A stretch of 64,000 nt of DNA from Gemmatimonadota bacterium (GTDB taxonomy: Bacteria > Latescibacterota > UBA2968), in assembly GCA_026706845.1 (NCBI GenBank), contig JAPOXY010000135.1, forward strand, positions 5,266-69,265, in the 5' to 3' direction. A program made the position numbers and the translations under genes. Below the pieces are notes generated by a model. That model did not search any database and had not been told where the DNA came from. It was given only the letters and a program-made list of their open reading frames with translations. Position 1 is the first letter of the stretch, and the number at the start of each line of letters is the position of its first letter. This document shows positions 60,124-64,000 of the stretch, piece after piece.

Positions 60124-61107
60124 TTAAGTCTCTTTGGGTGAAAGCAGAAAATGGTCAAACCACGCGACCATCTGATCGAAGTACTCAACGAGAAAGCGAT
60201 GATTGCCGTCGGGTTGATAGACTTTGAAATGATCATCGTACCCTGTTGCTACATAGGCTTTTTTTACAACGGGTATAAGGGCATTGACGCCTTGACGCGG
60301 CATGTCTTCGTCCCGGGTGGGCGAGATCATCATAAAGGGTCGCGGGGGCATGCAGGTGGCTACGACGCGCGGATGATCAAAGTGACACAGGAAGTTGGGG
60401 ATGTAGTAATAAGCACTGTGTCGTTCGTTGTCACTATGGTGAATGACGCTGGCCAGGCTGCCAAGGCCACCACAGACAGTTACGCCTGCCGCGATCCAGG
60501 GTGCGCACGCCATCGAATACCAGGTTGCGTTGCCGCCAAGCGACATGCCTGTCAGGCCAATGCGGCTTTTGTCAACGCCATTTGTCGCGCAAAGAATTCG
60601 AGCGGCTCTGAGTGTTTCTTCGACGAGAATGCCCATCTGGCTTCGTCCATACGGAGCCAGGAGCTTGTTCTCGGTTGCCCATTCTTCAATGCTGCGGCGC
60701 CTTCCTTCTGTGCCTTTGATCGAGAGGGCCAGTGTCGTGAACCCTCTTCGCGCGAGTTCACGTCCCCAGCCAATCAATGGACCATCGGGAGATTGATGGA
60801 ATTGTGGATGCGCGACCCGTTCTGCAGAGCCGGATGTGCCAGAAATGCATACGATTCCCGGTTGCAATTTTCCCGTATGTCCAGGCGGTTCCATGAGGAT
60901 GGCGGGAACGGTTTCGCGCAGTGAGTTCTGATAGCTCAGGTGGGTGACGCGAACGTCTCCGGTTTCGCGCGTTTCTGAGGTTGTGAAATCTACGCTGTCG
61001 GGGATTGTAGCCAGTCCCAGAAGCTCTATGAGCTTTGCACGGATATCTGAGTCGGCAAGGTCAGATGTGGATGCTGGCTGGATGTCAGGTGGTATGATAG
61101 GTGACAT
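60124..61107 (-). CDS. Alpha/beta-hydrolase (dienelactone-hydrolase / esterase-like).
   Basis: Nucleophile elbow 'GLTGMSLGG' (G-x-S-x-G). Size ~327 aa. Confidence 0.75.
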   Translation of the reverse strand: MSPIIPPDIQPASTSDLADSDIRAKLIELLGLATIPDSVDFTTSETRETGDVRVTHLSYQNSLRETVPAILMEPPGHTGKLQPGIVCISGTSGSAERVAHPQFHQSPDGPLIGWGRELARRGFTTLALSIKGTEGRRRSIEEWATENKLLAPYGRSQMGILVEETLRAARILCATNGVDKSRIGLTGMSLGGNATWYSMACAPWIAAGVTVCGGLGSLASVIHHSDNERHSAYYYIPNFLCHFDHPRVVATCMPPRPFMMISPTRDEDMPRQGVNALIPVVKKAYVATGYDDHFKVYQPDGNHRFLVEYFDQMVAWFDHFLLSPKET

Positions 61108-61127
61108 ATCGAGAAACCTTTATCATC

Positions 61128-62588
61128 TCACGGTTTTTGCACGACAAATTCCGGCCGTGGAATCATGCGTTCTGGATTCCGTTCGTAACCTCGTTTCCAC
61201 AACTCCTCCACAAGCCTTCCACTTTTAGCCAGTTCTTCGCGAAGCGCCTGCTGGTCCGCCTTTGCCCTCTGATCAATCGCTTCCGGGCAGCACACCTGGT
61301 ATAGAATTCGCCGAAGCCGAGCCAGTTTCTGAGACGCCTCGGGACGCTCCGCAAGATCTTGCATCTCCAAAGGATCCTCTGCAAGGTCAAACAACATCGG
61401 TCTTTCCCCAACGCACGCCACATATTTATCTGAACCCGATCGAAGAGCAAATGCGCTTCCCGGAAGGCCCGGCCCATGGAATTCACTGATCGCGAATTCG
61501 GGAAGCGCTGCACCCGGTTCGCCCCTCAAGGATCCCAGCAAGGATGTCCCCCGCATGTGTGTTGGTGAAGGCAATTCCAGGGCTTCCGAGAATGTCTGGA
61601 AAAGATCGAGATGTGAAACGGGTGCAGGCTCGGACCCTCCTGACTCTATGCCGGGTCCAGCCACGATCATGGGTACGCGAATTGAATCCTCATACATCGA
61701 TCCCATTCCGGAATTGCGATGTGCCCCCATGCTGCCACCGTGATCCGAAGCATAGGCGACCAGCGTCGAATCCCAGAGATTCTCGGTGTCTATGGCTCTG
61801 AGCACGCGTCCCACGTTGCGATCTGCCATCTCACAGATGCCGTGGTAGCCTACCAGACCACGGCGCAACTCTTCGGGTGTGCAAAGATCGCTGCACGTGT
61901 AACGAACAAAATCCCGGTGAAAGGGGTGTAGTCGAGAAATGGGTTCCGAGTAGCGCTCGTCCAGGTCTTCGGTTCGCACCAGCGGATCGTAGTAATCCCA
62001 TAGCTCCTGTGGCGGATTCCATCCGGGATGGGGCTGTTTGATATTCACGATCAGGACCCAGGGGCGATCTTGCGGGCGTTCATTCATCAGCCACTGTACC
62101 GCTTCTTGCGCGACCTGCGCGTCGTGCTGGTGTTCCCCACGCCCACTTGCAGGACCCGCTTCCCGCAATCGATGCAGGTGGTGGTATCGGGGTTGCACAC
62201 GGCCCTCTTCGAACAGCGTGTGTACGTCCAGACTCTCCCGTGTCTTGGCCAGACGACTGTCTTCCACTCCAGCATCACTGCCCGGTTTGTAATCGAGCTT
62301 GCCAATGGTCGTAAGCACGACACCATTTTCTGCAAAGTAATGCCCCCAGCCTCTGGGCACTCCTGAATAGGGAAACGCATTGTCCCAGGTGGAGATCTCG
62401 TGGACATACCGTCCCGCCATCATCGCTCCCCGCGAAGGCGCGCACAGAGGACTTGGACAATAGGCACTGTCGAATCTCTTTCCTCGCCTGGCGAGCGCAT
62501 CGATGTGAGGCGTACGGGTAATGGGACTACCGTAACAACCAGAAAACTCAGGGTTGTGCCGATCGGTCATGATATAAACGACATTCAT
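61128..62588 (-). CDS. Formylglycine-dependent sulfatase, no signal peptide.
   Basis: 'MNVVYIMTDRHNPEFSGCYG', 'CAPSRGAMMAG'. GAGGTGA Shine-Dalgarno before the ATG at 62588. The track ORF extends to 62792. Confidence 0.9.
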   Translation of the reverse strand: MNVVYIMTDRHNPEFSGCYGSPITRTPHIDALARRGKRFDSAYCPSPLCAPSRGAMMAGRYVHEISTWDNAFPYSGVPRGWGHYFAENGVVLTTIGKLDYKPGSDAGVEDSRLAKTRESLDVHTLFEEGRVQPRYHHLHRLREAGPASGRGEHQHDAQVAQEAVQWLMNERPQDRPWVLIVNIKQPHPGWNPPQELWDYYDPLVRTEDLDERYSEPISRLHPFHRDFVRYTCSDLCTPEELRRGLVGYHGICEMADRNVGRVLRAIDTENLWDSTLVAYASDHGGSMGAHRNSGMGSMYEDSIRVPMIVAGPGIESGGSEPAPVSHLDLFQTFSEALELPSPTHMRGTSLLGSLRGEPGAALPEFAISEFHGPGLPGSAFALRSGSDKYVACVGERPMLFDLAEDPLEMQDLAERPEASQKLARLRRILYQVCCPEAIDQRAKADQQALREELAKSGRLVEELWKRGYERNPERMIPRPEFVVQKP

Positions 62589-62625
62589 CGAAGTCACCTC
62601 GTTGCGAGTTGTCAATGGCGGCATC

Positions 62626-63504
62626 TTAAGCCGTTGGAACATATCCCAGTTGATCGTTATATGCCACAGCTTCGGGAAAGGTCTCGTGAAGGTGGTCGAG
62701 AACCCTATCAATCTTACACCTGCACAAAGAGCTGGGATAGGGCATCTCGCCGGTACGCCGGAAAAATGCCCCGTTCTTTTCGTGAAAATCACCCCGCCGG
62801 TCCATGAACTGCCCCCAGTGTCCCATCGTGTATCGCATCTCTGTCCTTCTCTCAGCGCTCTGAATCCAGGCGTCGGGAAACAGCATTTGAAACCGCGGTG
62901 CCGAATTCAACCAACTGCCGCATCGAACCACTTTTACTTCCGGCCGACGTACTTGCGAATCTCTGAGCAGCCTGATTAGCGATGCCGCAAACTGTATGTG
63001 CATATCACTGAGGGGAGATTTTGGCTGGTAAACATTGGCAATATGAAGACTCAACGAGTCCTCGTGCTTGTAGTCATAATTCCAACATTCGTGTGAACGA
63101 TCGCCAGGTCCGGGCTGTTCATTGCCCAACTTGCGAATGCGCGCTTCCATAAGTGGCCAGAGGATCGCAAGTCCCCTGATCTCCACGGATTCACTATCAT
63201 TACCATACTTGTCGAAGATTTCTCCCAACTGCCCTACAATGACGTTCCATTCGAGATCTTCGTCTCCCGCTGCCGGATGGTGGTTGCCGTTGTAGAGTGA
63301 GGTATTCCGGTACAGATTGACTCGCACGTTAACGGTATCTTCCAGGTCTCCAGGGTTTTCCCGCAGCCGTTTGTTCGCGTACCAAAGGCTCAACCGGGTG
63401 AATTCCCGAACATAATGCACGCGAATCGGATCCAGATTGGACATTGATTCTACCCCCGTTGTTCGTATTGGGTTAATCTTTTCCTCTGCCGGATTTTGCG
63501 CCAT
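62626..63504 (-). CDS. Hypothetical protein (292 aa).
   Basis: Long ORF with moderate-GC codon usage. No recognisable motif. Confidence 0.45.
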   Translation of the reverse strand: MAQNPAEEKINPIRTTGVESMSNLDPIRVHYVREFTRLSLWYANKRLRENPGDLEDTVNVRVNLYRNTSLYNGNHHPAAGDEDLEWNVIVGQLGEIFDKYGNDSESVEIRGLAILWPLMEARIRKLGNEQPGPGDRSHECWNYDYKHEDSLSLHIANVYQPKSPLSDMHIQFAASLIRLLRDSQVRRPEVKVVRCGSWLNSAPRFQMLFPDAWIQSAERRTEMRYTMGHWGQFMDRRGDFHEKNGAFFRRTGEMPYPSSLCRCKIDRVLDHLHETFPEAVAYNDQLGYVPTA

Positions 63505-64000
63505 AATCTTGCCAGCCCCAATCCAGATGGATTCGGGGTATGGAAAACTCGTAATACCAGCGAATACTCACGGGTTCGTGTTGAGGTTCCAGGTATGCAT
63601 AAAAAAGAGCAGATCGGCCGGTCACTTCATCCAGCATCCCTGCAGGGGTGAGTTCCGACAACAGGTTCGGATCTTCTTCCACTTCCAGGTAACGCAGCAA
63701 ATCATTTGTGTGGTTTTCGGCGCCGCTGGAACTCACCTGAACGGGTGTCTCATGTTCATTCCACCACGGCAAGTCCGATGCTGGCTGAGATTCTCCGTCT
63801 GCCGCCTTTGCCCAGATCGGTGTACTCCAGGCAAACTCTCCATCGTTCTGGCGAAGCCGTATGTAGTAGGCATTCTCTTTGAGCGGATGCTCATCCACGT
63901 AAGTCAGATCTACGTCCAGCGTGTTCGGACGCCAGGTCTTCAAGCGTCGATCATTCCGGATGAGATCTACGCGCTGCACGGTTGAGCATGCGTGAGCTAC
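63473..64000 (-). CDS. Partial hypothetical CDS (N-terminus off-window). Overlaps the previous gene by 32 bp.
   Basis: The frame stays open beyond the ORF-track start at 63979 (upstream in-frame codons have no stop up to 64000). Confidence 0.4.
   Translation of the reverse strand, partial: VAHACSTVQRVDLIRNDRRLKTWRPNTLDVDLTYVDEHPLKENAYYIRLRQNDGEFAWSTPIWAKAADGESQPASDLPWWNEHETPVQVSSSGAENHTNDLLRYLEVEEDPNLLSELTPAGMLDEVTGRSALFYAYLEPQHEPVSIRWYYEFSIPRIHLDWGWQDYGAKSGRGKD

Noticed and set aside
60151-60924. 257-aa plus-strand ORF opposite the alpha/beta-hydrolase gene
   Set aside because: Antisense. The hydrolase frame carries the G-x-S-x-G nucleophile elbow. The plus frame is Ala/Arg/Gly-rich.
1-64000. 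Search for tRNA, rRNA, CRISPR arrays, transposases or integrases
   Set aside because: Intergenic spaces are all under 300 bp and contain no T-loop-like GGTTCGA motifs. No repeat-spacer arrays were found. No ORF has transposase or integrase hallmarks. None were reported.

Overview
This 64-kb window is almost entirely coding and shows a GC mosaic: genes at about 58-60% GC sit beside blocks at about 42-50% (estimated by eye). It is dominated by a sulfated-glycan processing locus. There are 13 Cys-type formylglycine sulfatases (C-x-P/A-x-R motif), all without signal peptides; one carries an in-frame TAA and a C-terminal HEAT-repeat tail. Nine PhyH-family Fe(II)/2-oxoglutarate dioxygenase paralogs are interleaved with the sulfatases, and one is fused to an alginate-lyase/heparinase-like domain. 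Signal-peptide-bearing glycan-active proteins are present: two secreted hypothetical proteins (28958..30427, 31871..33415), one member of a three-member 'NSPTY' paralog family, and a candidate polysaccharide lyase. A BNR/sialidase-like protein has only a weak signal-like N-terminus, and a right-handed beta-helix protein has no signal peptide. An L-rhamnose mutarotase, an enolase-superfamily sugar-acid dehydratase, an aldo/keto reductase, a D-2-hydroxyacid dehydrogenase and an esterase complete the locus. A tripartite RND efflux operon lies at the left. The most unusual gene encodes a 757-aa fusion of an ECF sigma factor, ankyrin repeats and a degenerate (Walker-A-less) F1-ATPase-beta-like domain. 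No rRNA, tRNA, CRISPR array or mobile element was recognised. The gene content (many cytoplasmic sulfatases, PhyH paralogs, ECF sigma with a C-terminal extension, ankyrin) suggests a PVC-superphylum or Poribacteria-like marine bacterium (inference only). Three features were not in the supplied ORF track: a partial minus-strand gene running off the left edge (1..2062), a 5'-partial gene running off the right edge (63473..64000), and the true sulfatase N-terminus upstream of the 41843..41845 stop codon.
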